Assembly (NCBI GenBank): GCA_002269645.1
Contig: NIVC01000230.1
Span: forward strand, 124,001-188,000
Length of the DNA stretch: 64,000 nt
Source of the DNA: Macrostomum lignano
Lineage: Eukaryota
Reading direction: 5' to 3'
The translations under genes were made by a program, and so were the position numbers. The notes below the pieces were generated by a model. That model saw only the letters and a list, made by a program, of their open reading frames with translations, did not search any database and was not told the origin of the DNA. Positions within the stretch are counted from its first letter, which is position 1, and each line of letters opens with the position of its first letter. Shown here piece by piece: positions 22,935 through 47,347 of the stretch.

Positions 22935-23760
22935 ATCATCTACCTCCCTTCATCTGCCTCCTTCATCTGCCTCCCTTCATCTGCCTCCTTCATCTACCTC
23001 CCTTCATCTGCCTCCTTCATCTGCCTCCCTTCATCTGCCTCCTTCATCTGCCTCCCTTCATCTGCCTCCCTTCATCTGCCTCCTTCATCTACCTCCTTCA
23101 TCTCCCTGCCTTCATCTGCCTCCCTTCATCTGCCTCCTTCATCTGCCTCCTTCATCTGCCTCCTTCATCTGCCTCCTTCATCTCCCTGCCTTCATCTGCC
23201 ACCCTTCATCTGCCTCCCTTCATCTGCCTCCCTTCATCTACCTCCCTTCTTCTCCCCGCCTTCATCTGCCTCATTCATCTGCCTCCCTTCATCTGCCTCC
23301 CTTTATCTGCCTCCTTCATCTGCCTCCCTTCATCTGCCTCCCTTTATCTGCCTCCTTCATCTGCCTCCCTTTATCTGCCTCCTTCATCTGCCTCCCTTCA
23401 TCTGCCTCCCTTTATCTGCCTCCTTCATCTGCCTCCCTTCATCTGCCGCCCTTCATCTATCTCCCTTCATCCCCCCGCCTTCATCTGCCTCATTCATCTG
23501 CCTCCCTTCATCTACCTCCCTTCTTCTCCCCGCCTTCATCTGCCTCATTCATCTGCCTCCCTTCATCTGCCTCCCTTCTTCTGCCTCCCTTCATCTGCCT
23601 CCCTTCATCTCTCTTCCTTCATCTATCTTCCTTCATCTCTCTCCCTTGATCACCTTTCCTTCTGAATCCATTCATCTCCCTCCCTTCATTTCCTTCCCTT
23701 CTGAATCCCTTCATCTCTCTCCTTTCATCTCCGACCCTTCATCTCTCTAATCATCCCTAT
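22935..23760. repeat. Pyrimidine-rich 13-14-bp minisatellite (ctgcctcccttcat)
   Basis: Tandem units are visible. Confidence 0.93.
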
Positions 23761-23974
23761 CCCTTTGTCTCCTCTCTTTATTTTCACTTTCCTCTCTTTT
23801 TTGACTCTTCGTACCTTCATCTCCCTCCCTGCATCTCCCCCTTTGATTTTCCATACCCCTCAAGCTTTATCTCTCAGGCCCTTTATACTTAAAAATTTTA
23901 GCAGCGCTCAGTCGCATCACAGTCGAAAAATTCACCGGCAAGAAACGTTCGGTAAGCGAAGATATTATGCTAAA

Positions 23975-25392
23975 GGGGATGTGAACTTAAGAGTCAAAAT
24001 GGAGCCTAAAGCATTGGGTCCCGATTTCTCTACGCCAATCCCTTCATTTGGAGCCAAATAGCTCCCGTTATGCCGAAAACCCGACCACTTTAGCATTTGG
24101 GGATCTCTGTGGGGAGAAATTGGATAAATGGGTATTTCATGTGAACTTAAGGCTCTAGAATGGAGCCTAAAGCATTGGGTCCCGATTTCTCTACGCCAGT
24201 CCCTTCATTTGGAGCCAAATAGCTCCCGTTATGCCGAAAACCCGACCACTTTAGCATTTGGGGATCTCTGTGGGGGAGAAATGGGATAAATGGGGATTTC
24301 GAAGCTTTTGGTGGACCTGGAGCTGTGCCATAGTGGGCATGAGAGGCTGCCCGTTTGCAGCACGGCGGTTGCGGATCTCGTTCTGCAGCTCGATCGGGAG
24401 GCGGCTCCATAGGGCTTAGACGTGGCTGTCGAGGGTGCAGTGAGCTCGCCAAGGCCGAGAAGTTGGCCGATAGCGAGTCGGGGGGCGTTGGTGAAGGTCT
24501 CAAACTCGTCTACGTCGAAAGCGAAGCTGCATAATAGCGCGAGGCGTTGGAAGCAGGCATTCTTCTGCTCCTGGGTGTCGGCGCAGTTAGCCTGGAGGAC
24601 GCAGCAGGCCTCAGCGTAAGCGATGGGTTGGCAGGCATCGAGGGCGCCCAGCTTTCTGAGGGCGGAGCCGAATAGGAGACCGCGGAGTGGTTCGAACTTG
24701 TCGACGTTGAGACTAGATTGGTCGACGCGGTAGAGGAAAACGTCCCAGAACCCAGGGAATGCGACAGGGTCGATGCCGTCGAATGTCGGGAGACGAACTT
24801 TCGATCGCAATCACTCGTAGCAGACGACGACGCTGATGTCGTGCCAGGATAAATATAGCGGCGAGCTGTTCTATAAGCAACTGATTCTGCTGCATCATCG
24901 CAGTCATGGAGGTGAGGAGGGCGTTACCGTCGATGACAGGTGCAGCAGGTGATGAGACAGTGTTAGGGGATGAGACGGGAGGATCCATACTCGGGGGCAG
25001 CTGACGTTGCAGTCGGTGGGCCGCTGGGTTCGATGTGCGGCTGCCCCGCGGCAGGGGCCGCTTTAGAGGCCGCTTCAGCAGAGGCTGTGGTGTGGTCGTC
25101 CTGGAATTGATGGATCTGGTCGCCAGATGGGGCAGTCGTTCATCGCGTGATGACCATGCTAACGCTCAGGTAATCTGTTCACCTCGTCATTTAAAGATTT
25201 GAAGCTCCTAGAGTCTTAAGTTCACATGAAATCCCCATTTATCCCATTTCTCCCCACAGAGATCCCCAAATGCTAAAGTGGTCGGGTTTTCGGCATAACG
25301 GGAGCTATTTGGCTCCAAATGAAGGGACTGGCATAGAGAAATCGGGACCCAATGCTTCAGGCTCCATTCTAGAGCCTTAAGTTCACATCCCC
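23975..25392. mobile_element. Non-autonomous element with ~185-bp terminal inverted repeats enclosing a captured BEL/Pao gag fragment
   Basis: Left arm 23975-24300 is two tandem ~165-bp units; right arm 25208-25392 is their reverse complement. The interior on the minus strand encodes VRLPTFDGIDPVAFPGFWDVF...VDKFEPLRGLLFGSALRKL (DUF1759-like). No TSD was identified. Confidence 0.8.
24330..24988 (-). pseudogene. BEL/Pao-type gag fragment (DUF1759-like), frameshifted
   Basis: ORFs 24713-24988 and 24229-24810 (-); similar to the LPxFDG...W..F...L..xDKL.YL...L.G.A pattern. Confidence 0.7.
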
Positions 25393-25414
25393 TTCTTTAA
25401 TGACTACTTATAGA

Positions 25415-26963
25415 ATGGAAACAGCTGTTGGTCAGTAGTGTGGCAAGGGTGGACATCGTGTTTTTGACATGCAGCTCTGAGAAGTCCGCAACATGAGAAG
25501 CTTCAGCATGTTAAATACAAGCTCTAGAATGTTAAATACAAGCTCCAGAATGTTAAATACAAGCTCCAACATGTTAGATACAAGGCCACAACATGTTAGA
25601 TACAAGCTCCATCATGTTAGGCATAAGCTCGAGCATGTTAGACACAAACTCGAACATATTAGATACAAGCTCGATGCTCGAAAATGTTAGACACAAGCTC
25701 CAGAATGTTAGATACAAGCTCTACAGCATGTTAGACACAAGCTCCAGCATGTTAGATGTCGCCAAAGCTCCCCATCCCAGACTCCCTACCCACCGCAGAC
25801 ACAGCGCCGAAGACCCCTCAGCCGCGGCGGGCAGCGGCAGCAGCAGCCTGGACCTGCCACGCCTCCGCGAGCAGCTTCAAGAGACTGAGCGGCAACGATC
25901 GAAGCTTAAAAATCGACTGGCCGAGCTGGCCAAATTGATGTCCGAATCGATGGCCGAGGAGCACCGGCCGGACGATGCAGCTGTTGCTATGGAAACGGCC
26001 GCCGCCAAGCTGGCTACCGAGTCTACGGACTCGCGCTATCCGTCCGATCCGAGCGTTGAACATGACGACGAGGATCAGAGCGAATCTCTGGTGTCAGTCC
26101 CGGAGGCTGAGGACACAGTTGAAAATGTCGAGTTGCCTCCGTTGGAGGTTGAGAAGCCTCAGACGGAATCGGCCAGCGTTGCGATTCAGACTGACCAGCT
26201 GCTTGGGGTTGCGGCTAAACCGGATCTGTGCGACAGGGTGGGTGGTGATAGTTGAGAGCGGGCTGATTGATTGATTGACTGATTGACTGATTGATTGTTT
26301 AATTGACTGATTAATTAATTAATTGAGTGACTGATTGATTAATTAATTGATTGACTGACTGACTTACTGATTGATTGTTTAATTGACTGATTAATTAATT
26401 GATTAGCTGATTGATTGATTAATTGATTAATTGGTTGGTTGATTGACTGATTAACTAATTGATTGACTGACTGATTGATTGATTGACTGATTAATTGATT
26501 GACTGATTAATTAATTGACTGATTGACTGATTGATTGATTGAATGATTGATTGATTGACTGATTAATTGATTGATTGACTGATTGATTGATTGATTGACT
26601 GATTGATTGATTGATTGATTGACTGATTGATTAATTGATTGACTGATTGTTTGATTGACTGATTGATTGATTGACTGATTTATTGATTGATTTACTGATT
26701 GATTGATTGACTGACTGATTGATTGACTGATTGATTGATTGACTGATTGATTGATTGACTGATTGATCGATTGATTGACTGATTGATTGACTGACTGATT
26801 GGTTGATTGACTGATTAATTAATTAACTGACTGACTGATTGATTGATTGACTGATTGATTGATTGATTGATTGACTGATTTATTGACTGATTGATTGACT
26901 GATTGACTGATTGATTGATTGACTGATTGATTGATTGATTGACTGATTGATTGACTGATTGAC

Positions 26964-27008
<45 letters not shown>

Positions 27009-27103
27009 TATTGACTGATTGATTGATTGACTGATTGATTGATTGATTGATTGATTGATTTATTGACTGATTGATTGATTGACTGATTGAATGATTGATT
27101 GAC

Positions 27104-27136
<33 letters not shown>

Positions 27137-28341
27137 TATTGACTGATTGATTGATTGACTGATTGATTGATTGATTGATTGATTGATTAATTGATTGACT
27201 GATTGATTGACTGATTGACTGATTAATTGATTGACTGATTGATTGACTGATTGACTGATTAATTGATCGATTGATTGACTGACTGACTGATTGATTGACT
27301 GATTGATCGATGGATCGATTGAATAATGGTTTTATTTATTTAGTTATTTATTCATTACTTCATTTGTTTGGTTTTTCGATTAAAGCAGTAACTGTTTATT
27401 TAGTAGTTAGTCCAACATTAGCTAAGAATCGAATGCTCAGGCACCCCCCCCATCGATCAATTCCTCCCAGGCCACGCAGTCTGTCACCTCAGAGTCGCCT
27501 CAGAGCCAGCAACTGCTGGAAGCTCAAAGCCGTGAACGCCAGTCGCTGCTGGCCCGCCTGAAATCCGCGGCCGAGGACTGTGCCAACCTGCGGCTCGATC
27601 GCGAGGCGATGCGGCGACAGCTCGATGCGGCGCAGTTCGATCGGCGAATGGCGCTGGCCGAAGCCGAGGAGAGGCGGGCCGACTTGGCGACGGCGAGGCG
27701 AGAGGTCGACGACAGGGATGGACGGTTGGAGAGGATGGCGGCGAGTCAGGTGAGACATGATGGGATTTGAGTCTGTGATGATGGGATTTGAGTCTGTGAT
27801 GATGGGATTTGAGTCTGTGATGATGGGATTTGAGTCTGTGATGATGGGATTTGAGTCTGTGATGATAGGATTTGAGTCTGTGATGACCAATGCACAGAGA
27901 GTGTACATGCTTGATGATTAGAAAGTCAGGGCCGAGTTTTATTGCCAAATTCTCCAATTCTGTTTGGCCTCAGGTGCGCACAGAGAAGGAGGTTGGCAAT
28001 CTTCGAAGCCAGCTGTCAGAGCTGCGCCGTCAGCTGGACTCGGCCGAGAACAGTTGCCAAGCTGAAGCAGCCGAGAACCAGCGTCACCGGGCCAAGATCC
28101 TGAGCCTGGAGTCTCAGCTGGACAGCCGCATTCAGGAGCTCGCCGCGGTCACCAACGCGCTGATCGAGAAGCGACGCTCCGAAGAGGACCTGCTGGCTCG
28201 GGTGCAGCAGCTGCAGCGGCAGCTCTCCAGCTCCGAAGAGACCGTGACCAGACTCAAAGGGCAGTTGGAAACCGAGCAAACTCGACCGCGAGTTGCCGCG
28301 CCCCTGCCGCCGCCGCCGCCGCAGCCACCGCCGCCGCCGCC

Positions 28342-28387
<46 letters not shown>

Positions 28388-30048
28388 AAGCAGCCACCAG
28401 TTCTGCCTACAGTTGAAGAGGAGGTGCAAACAGCCGACACTGCGGCACCATGGCCTGAGGAGATGAATCAACGGATGGCAGAGCTGGATGCCAGGATTAA
28501 CCGGCTGATCGCTGGAGCTCGAGAGGGGGTCGGCGGTGGACCTTCGGAGCAGCGGCGGAGAGTGGGGTGGGTGCTGATTGGCGGGGAGTGGGGTGGATGC
28601 TGATTAGTGGGGAGTGGGGTGGGTGCTGATTGGCGGGGAGTGGGGTGGGTGCTGATAAGCGGGTAGCGGGGAGTGGGGTGGGTACATAGGCTTCTCCTTC
28701 ACTAATTCAGAATCCCAACTTCATCCCCGACCCCAATCCCACAGTGCCCCAGGCATCGAGCCAGAAGCAGACGAGCAGCCAGAGTCGGCAACCGCGCACC
28801 GCAGCAGCCAGCAAGTGGCCACTTCAACACCGCAGGCTCCCAGAATTGACACCCAAACTGAGCCAATGCCAACCAATCAGCGAATCGATTTGCTGCTGAA
28901 CCGAACTGAGCAGTTGGAGGCCAGCAACCAGCAGCTGGCAAAAGATGTTCGAATGCTCCGGCAGATGTGCGCAGATCTGCTGGAGTCCCGAAAGGAGCTC
29001 AAAAATGAACTGGCGGTTGCTAAGGTGAAGGAGAAAAATCGAATAACTTAGAGTTTCTTCCTAGATCAAGCCTCCCATGAGCCCAAACAGTTTTATTTAC
29101 TTAAATCCCATCATCACAGACTGAAATCCCATAATCACAGACTGAAATCCCATAATCACAGACTCAAATCCCATCATCACAGACTGAAATCCCATCATCA
29201 CAGACTCAAATCCCATCATCACAGACTCAAATCCCATCATCACAGACTCAAATCCCATCATCACAGACTCAAATCCCATCATCACAGACTGAAATCTCAT
29301 CATCACAGACTGAAATCTCATCATCACGGACAGCTGAAATCCCAATTTAACCCCATTTTTAAACCTCCATATTTTCGCCGCAGATGTCTGGCTCGACCTC
29401 AGCAGCCGCTAATCTGGAGAGCTCCGATGTGAGTCAGGCTCACCATCAGGGCCTGTCAGACTACCTGTTCCAGACTGAGACCCTGAGGGCGATGATTCTG
29501 CGTCAGCTACGCGACCTGCAGAACTCCAAGCAGCGGCTGCAGTTTAGGTGTGACAAATATGAGCTGGGAACACATTGATCACAATTTCAAATCTCACAGT
29601 CCCGATTTCAAATCTCATAGTCCCGATTTCAAATCTCATAGTCCCGATTTCAAATCTCACAGTCCCGATTTTAAATCTCACAGTCCCGATTTCGAATCTC
29701 ATAGTCCCGATTTCAAATCTCACTGTCTCAAATTCGCACGGCAGGTCTCAGCAGCGGGAGCTATCTCTGTCACAAGAGCTGCAGTCTCAGCAGGCCGCCG
29801 TTGACAGGTCTTGGCAAGCCTTGCAGGCGAGTCTGAGCGCATCTGCCCAGCCTAGGAACTCTTCATCAGTTGGGGCTTATCGCGATTTCTACCTGAGACG
29901 CGCTGGCAACATCGTCGCCTCCAAAGCCAAGGCCGCCGAGTCGACTCGCCTCATTGAAGCCATTCGCCGACACCCGCTGAGCGACGCCGTCAAACGATGC
30001 GGATGTCGGCACGCTGACAACTGCCCGATGAAGGCGGAATGGCAATGA
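25415..30048 (+). CDS. Coiled-coil protein with polyproline tract (paralog A), family unknown, ~705 aa
   Basis: Proposed exons are 25415-25430 (uncertain first exon METAV), 25756-26237, 27471-27749, 27974-28566, 28745-29024, 29384-29547 and 29745-30048. All are GT-AG and sum to an open frame. The 28566/28745 junction has alternatives. Heptad-rich segments are homologous to gene B. Confidence 0.75.
25495..25755. repeat. ~21-bp minisatellite (atgttagatacaagctccagc) ending at the acceptor of gene A exon 2
   Basis: Tandem units are visible. Confidence 0.85.
26268..27315. repeat. (GATT/GACT)n microsatellite, gene A intron
   Basis: About 1 kb of tetranucleotide repeats. Confidence 0.97.
27757..27885 (+). 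repeat. 21-bp minisatellite atgatgggatttgagtctgtg (~6 copies)
   Basis: Tandem units; reverse complement of the array at 29100-29335. Confidence 0.95.
29100..29335 (-). repeat. Same 21-bp minisatellite in inverted orientation (cacagactcaaatcccatcat, ~11 copies)
   Basis: Tandem units are visible. Confidence 0.95.
29575..29730. repeat. 21-bp minisatellite (cacagtcccgatttcaaatct), gene A last intron
   Basis: Tandem units are visible. Confidence 0.93.
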
Positions 30049-30270
30049 TGATAATAATAAAAATGGAAATATTACTACCATTCATGAAAATGATTTAAGA
30101 ATTTCAAATACAATGAATTGAAATAGAATTTGAACCGCCACCAGACTGACTTTGAAAAATAACAAAAAGTATAATAAATAAACAAAAATAAATTCAACCA
30201 TACAGAAAAGCAAACACAATTGAACGGAATGAATTTTGAAGTTTTGTTTATGCGAATTTTTTTGACAATT

Positions 30271-30855
30271 GCAGTTCTGTGACAGTGGCTTTGATTGGCT
30301 TGATTGTCTATGGCCGAGAGCAGTTCTGTGGCAGTGGCTTTGATTGGCTTGATTGTCTATGGCCGAGAGCAGTTCTGTGGCAGTGGCTTTGATTGGATTG
30401 ATTGTCTATGGCCGAGAGCAGTTCTGTGGCAGTGGCTTTGATTGGCTTGATTGTCTATGGCCGAGAGCAGTTCTGTGGCAGTGGCTTTGATTGGCTTGAT
30501 TGTCTATGGCCGAGAGCAGTTTTGTGACAGTGGCTTTGATTGATTTTCTATGGCCGAGAGCAGTTCTGTGACAGTGGCTTTGATTGGCTTGATTGTCTAT
30601 GGCCGAGAGCAGTTTTGTGACAGTGGCTTTGATTGGCTTGATTGTCTATGGCCGAGAGCAGTTCTGTGGGGACAGTGGCTTTGATTGATTGTCTATGGCC
30701 GAGAGCAGTTCTGTGACAGTGGCTTTTATTGGCTTGATTGTCTGTGGCCGAGCGCAGTTCTGTGGGGACAGTGGCTTTGATTGGCTTGATTGTCTGTGGC
30801 CGAGCGCAGTTCTGTGGGGACAGTGGCTTTGATTGGCTTTATTGTCTATGACCGA
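30271..30855. repeat. 49-bp tandem array (gcagttctgtggcagtggctttgattggcttgattgtctatggccgaga), ~11 copies
   Basis: Tandem units lie downstream of the gene A stop. Confidence 0.95.
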
Positions 30856-31247
30856 GTTATAAAGGCAAAACTTTCTATAGATTCTGAATATAATACAGAA
30901 TATTTTGTGGCCACTGCTGTCCTTGAGAAATATTCTTTGAGAAAAATTATACCAAAGAGATCCTCGAGCTCGGAGGATTTCCTTTTCTCATAAATATGTT
31001 TCTCAAAGTCAGTTCCTTCTCTCTGATGAGAAGTCTGGAGAGTCTTTGGATTACACCAAGCCCGACTAAAACTGACAATGAGCATGAGAAGTTCAATTAT
31101 CTTACCCTCGCCTTTGTTGAAGTCTTTAAATAATTATATATTTCAAGCATAAAGCATCGGACGTGAATACCGTTAGGACAGGGGGCTCATATCTCCGTAG
31201 TGTATTTTTTCCTATCCTTTTCAATTGCCGCCTATTTCTCCAGTGCT

Positions 31248-31830
31248 AACCCCATCCCCTTATCACTAACCCATCCCCATATCACTAACCCATCCCCATA
31301 TCACTAACCCCATCCCCATGTCACTAACCCCATCCCCATGTCACTAACCCCATCCCCATATCGCTAACCACATCCCCATATCACTAAACTATCCCCATAT
31401 CACTAAACTATCCCCATATCACTAAACTATCCCCATATCACTAACCCATCCCCATATCACTAACCCCATCCCCATATCACTAACCCCATCCCCATATCAC
31501 TAACCCCATCCCCATATCACTAACCCCATCCCCATATCACTAACCCATCCCCATATCACTAAACTATCCCCATATCACTAACCAATCCCCATATCACTAA
31601 CCCCATCCCATATCACTAACCCATCCCCATATCACTAACCCCATCCCATATCACTAACCCATCCCCATATCACTAACCCCATCCCCATGTCACTAACCAC
31701 ATCCCCATATCACTAACCCCATCCCCATATCACTAACCCCATCCCCATATCACTAACCCATCCCCATATCACTAACCCCATCCCCATATCACTAACCCCA
31801 TCCCCATATCACTAACCCATCCCCATCCCC
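31248..31830. repeat. 21-22-bp C-rich minisatellite (atcactaaccccatccccat) upstream of gene B
   Basis: Tandem units are visible. Confidence 0.95.
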
Positions 31831-32135
31831 TAATCGCTACCACATTCTGCGTGCACTTTATCTATAAATATCTATCTATACCTAGCCATATAAGAGCGCA
31901 AGTGCAGACTCAGCTATGGGTTGCAAATCAAATACTTTTACCAGACTCCTCGGCCATAGACAGCACAAGGCAAATCAGTGCTTGGCTTTCAGATTTTCTC
32001 TAATTAAATTTCAATCTGCACCCGAATAAAAATTCGCCAACTCACGCAGGCCGCTCAGAGGTCTGTTTGTGCAATTCATTTGAGTAACTTGGCACCAGCA
32101 ATAACACTAGCAACAGTAACTCGACGACTACAATA

Positions 32136-44448
<12,313 letters not shown>

Positions 44449-45539
44449 CCTGCCGCTTTACAATATTATGTATACCTCATTTTGTAGTAAAACATTCCCA
44501 AATTCTTTTCCTATTCGCTTATTCGGAGCAGCTGCCCTCATGCTGCAGCCGAATTACCTTTTTCCTGTCTTTATCTTACGGCGCAGTTGAACTTTGGTGC
44601 CAACGTCGTGAAAATTTGTTTTCATAAACTGTTTTCGTCCCTATAATTTTAAACGCAGACTCTGAACTTAAAATTTTGCAGCAAAAAGCCGGACGTTATA
44701 ATCGTCCACTTTTGTCAGTTGGCAACTATCTATACTTTAACTGCCTCTACGAACATTAATTATAACTGCACCGCTATGATGTGGTCAGAATTTATCAAAT
44801 TGTTTTGATTTGACTTAAAAAAGTTAATGTAAGATTCCACTTTTACACGTACACACAAGATCTTCCTGTAGTGATGTATGCTGCTGAAGGAAGCACGTCA
44901 TAAAATGGATTTGTAAGTGACATCCCTGCAGTAATGTGGAATGTACATGTACAGTAAATTGACTTCCGCGTTCACATGCTGCTATCAACAGGGCCATAAC
45001 TTATTAAAATATCAGGCGCATACACGTGTACACGCGTGTACATGTATGTACATGTATTGGTAATGTCAGTGAAAAAAACGCTCGATATAGATCGCTGAAA
45101 AGTATTGCATTTACATTTTCCAACACTCAATTAATTAGTCAAAGGCTGTTAATAAGGAATTTTTTCGATACATGTACATTTACAATGTATATAACATACT
45201 GGACTACTAAATGGACTAAGCTACCAGTATATTGTGTTCCTGTACGAATCGAAATTTCACTCCATTCATAATCATATCTTCATAATTATCTTCATCTACT
45301 ATCTTCACAAATTCAATAGGCGCGCCATTTCAGTATGTGCTTCCAGAGATTAGAATGAAATACATGTACATACACATGAACTGACCAATAGAAATAAAAG
45401 ATGAATATGCATGTACGCGTTTGTTCGTACATGTAGCTAGCTACTGGTATATAGCATGGGAAACCCGCACCAGCTAAGTTCTAGTAAGGATCCATGTGAC
45501 GACAATCATTTTAGTAATGTGTACAACAACAACAAAACT

Positions 45540-47347
45540 GCGCTGCATGTCAGCGTTACAGGGCGCGCCTCAGGGCCAGGTCACGAACAAAGTACGCCAC
45601 GCCTGGCCGCTGGGCGAATCCGCGGGGCGCCGGTGTCAGCCAGCAGGCAGTCGAAAAAACGCTGAGTGTGGGCCTGCCCCTACCGGTAGGGTGCCTGCAG
45701 CGTCACCTCCTGCTTTGGACCCCCAGGGAAATGAAACGGGAAAAAGCGAGTTAGCCTCCGCATCAACGGCAACCAGATTGCGTATGACCTGGCACCGGTG
45801 TACCTTGGAGCGTGACTGAACGGTCGGCTAACCTTCAAAAAGCATGCCGCAGGTGTCCGGGCTAGGATGGCGCCGACGACGGCCGCTGGCAGCCATGGCC
45901 AATCGCAGCACCGGCGCCGATCAGAGCATCAGAGCAGCATACGTCAGCACCATCCGCGCCGTGGTGGACTACGCGGCGGGCACCTGGTTGTGCGGCGCAG
46001 CCCCGTCTACAAGAAGATCTATCGAGAGGCGATCATTACTGGTTGCGTCCTGCCATCTAAAACTTGGAGAGTTCTCAGACTGGCGGACCTTCACCGATCT
46101 CCTTCGTAGCCTCTGAGAGAGCCGCCAGGCTTTGTGAACGGATCCTCCGCCTGGAGCTTAACGTGTCAGCCGTTACTACAGCACCTGCCACCTCAAGACC
46201 AAGGCTCAAGAACCGCACGCTCGAAGCACTCACACGGTCTAACAACAACCGGGACGCGGAAAGATTGGACGAGGTCACTAGAAGACCGTTCCGGAACTGC
46301 TGGCGCAGCGCTGTCACGGAGCTCCTGTCGGTCACGGTCCTCGATGCGCACCGGCGAGGCGATGCGGCGACTTTAGGCATCCCACCGTGGGAAGCTGCTG
46401 TCAACGATAAGGTCATCTTCAGCCTCGAAGCAGCTGCCTGCTGCCGCCGTTCGGACCCTCAGGTGGCTAGAAACGCGGCGGCGCTTGAGGTGCTCGGAAC
46501 GCCCCCGCCGGGCTGACATCTGTGTCTGGACAAATGGCTTCGTGGCTGAAGGCACTGGGCCAGGTGGTAGCGCGGCCATCGTCTGCACTGAGTTGGCAAC
46601 TTATGTGAAAAAACAACCAGCATGCAGGTACCTGCAGCTCCTTTGACGCGGGGATGATCGCTATCAGGATGGCCCTGGAATTCACCAAAGACGCAACCCG
46701 CCAAGGCAACCCGCCGACTCCCTGTCCTCGCTCACGGCACTACAATTGTAGGCACACAGGGCCAGGAAACTGCAACCGGTATCAGATGCTGGAACCTGCT
46801 GCTCGAAATCAGCCGCAACACCCCCCATTAATCTGGTCTGGGTGCCGGCGCACTGCGGCATCCCCCTCAAATGAGGCGGCAAACAGAGAGAGCTGCCGGG
46901 TTGGCCAGAAACCTGCAACAGAATGACGCACCGGTCTCCCTCAGCGTTGCCAAGACTGCCGTTCGGCGCGCCATGGAAGATAGCACCCTCCCGGCACGCT
47001 GGCCGGCCTTCAACGCGAGAAATCGGACAGAGCAGACGGCGGTGTGCGTGCCAGCTCAGGGCCGGTGCGTCGTCAATGCTCTGCGCCGAAGTTAGACACC
47101 GACTGGGTTTGACCGACTCCCCGCAATGTCCGGACTGCGGAGAGATTGACGACAGTGAACATGCTTTGTTCTGCTGCCCCCGTGGGGACGCTGGGCGCAT
47201 GATGCGCCTTGTCGGCAACGACAACCGAGCGCCTCCTTCGGGTTTCAGGACTCGGTCTCTCGCTCCTTCGGAGCATGGGGCGCTGGCCCCCGCCTGTATC
47301 GGCGCCGCCGCGCCGCAATGGCGAGTGCTGAATCAGAAGAAGAAGAA
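45540..47347 (+). mobile_element. Degenerate 5'-truncated I-group/Ingi-like LINE with RNase H domain
   Basis: Late RT and linker (AYVSTIRAVVDYA, IITGCVLPS); RNase H (VWTNGFVAEG, LVWVPAHCGIPSNEAAN); zinc knuckle CPDCGEIDDSEHALFCCP; (AAG)n tail at ~47333-47347. Many stops and frameshifts; the 5' end is approximate. Confidence 0.88.

Noticed and set aside
22935-23750. Long LHLPPFIC-type ORFs
   Set aside because: They read through a low-complexity pyrimidine array with irregular unit lengths.
25110-25131. TGGCGACC primer-binding-site-like motif upstream of the gag fragment
   Set aside because: It is too short, no adjacent LTR end is visible, and it could be chance.
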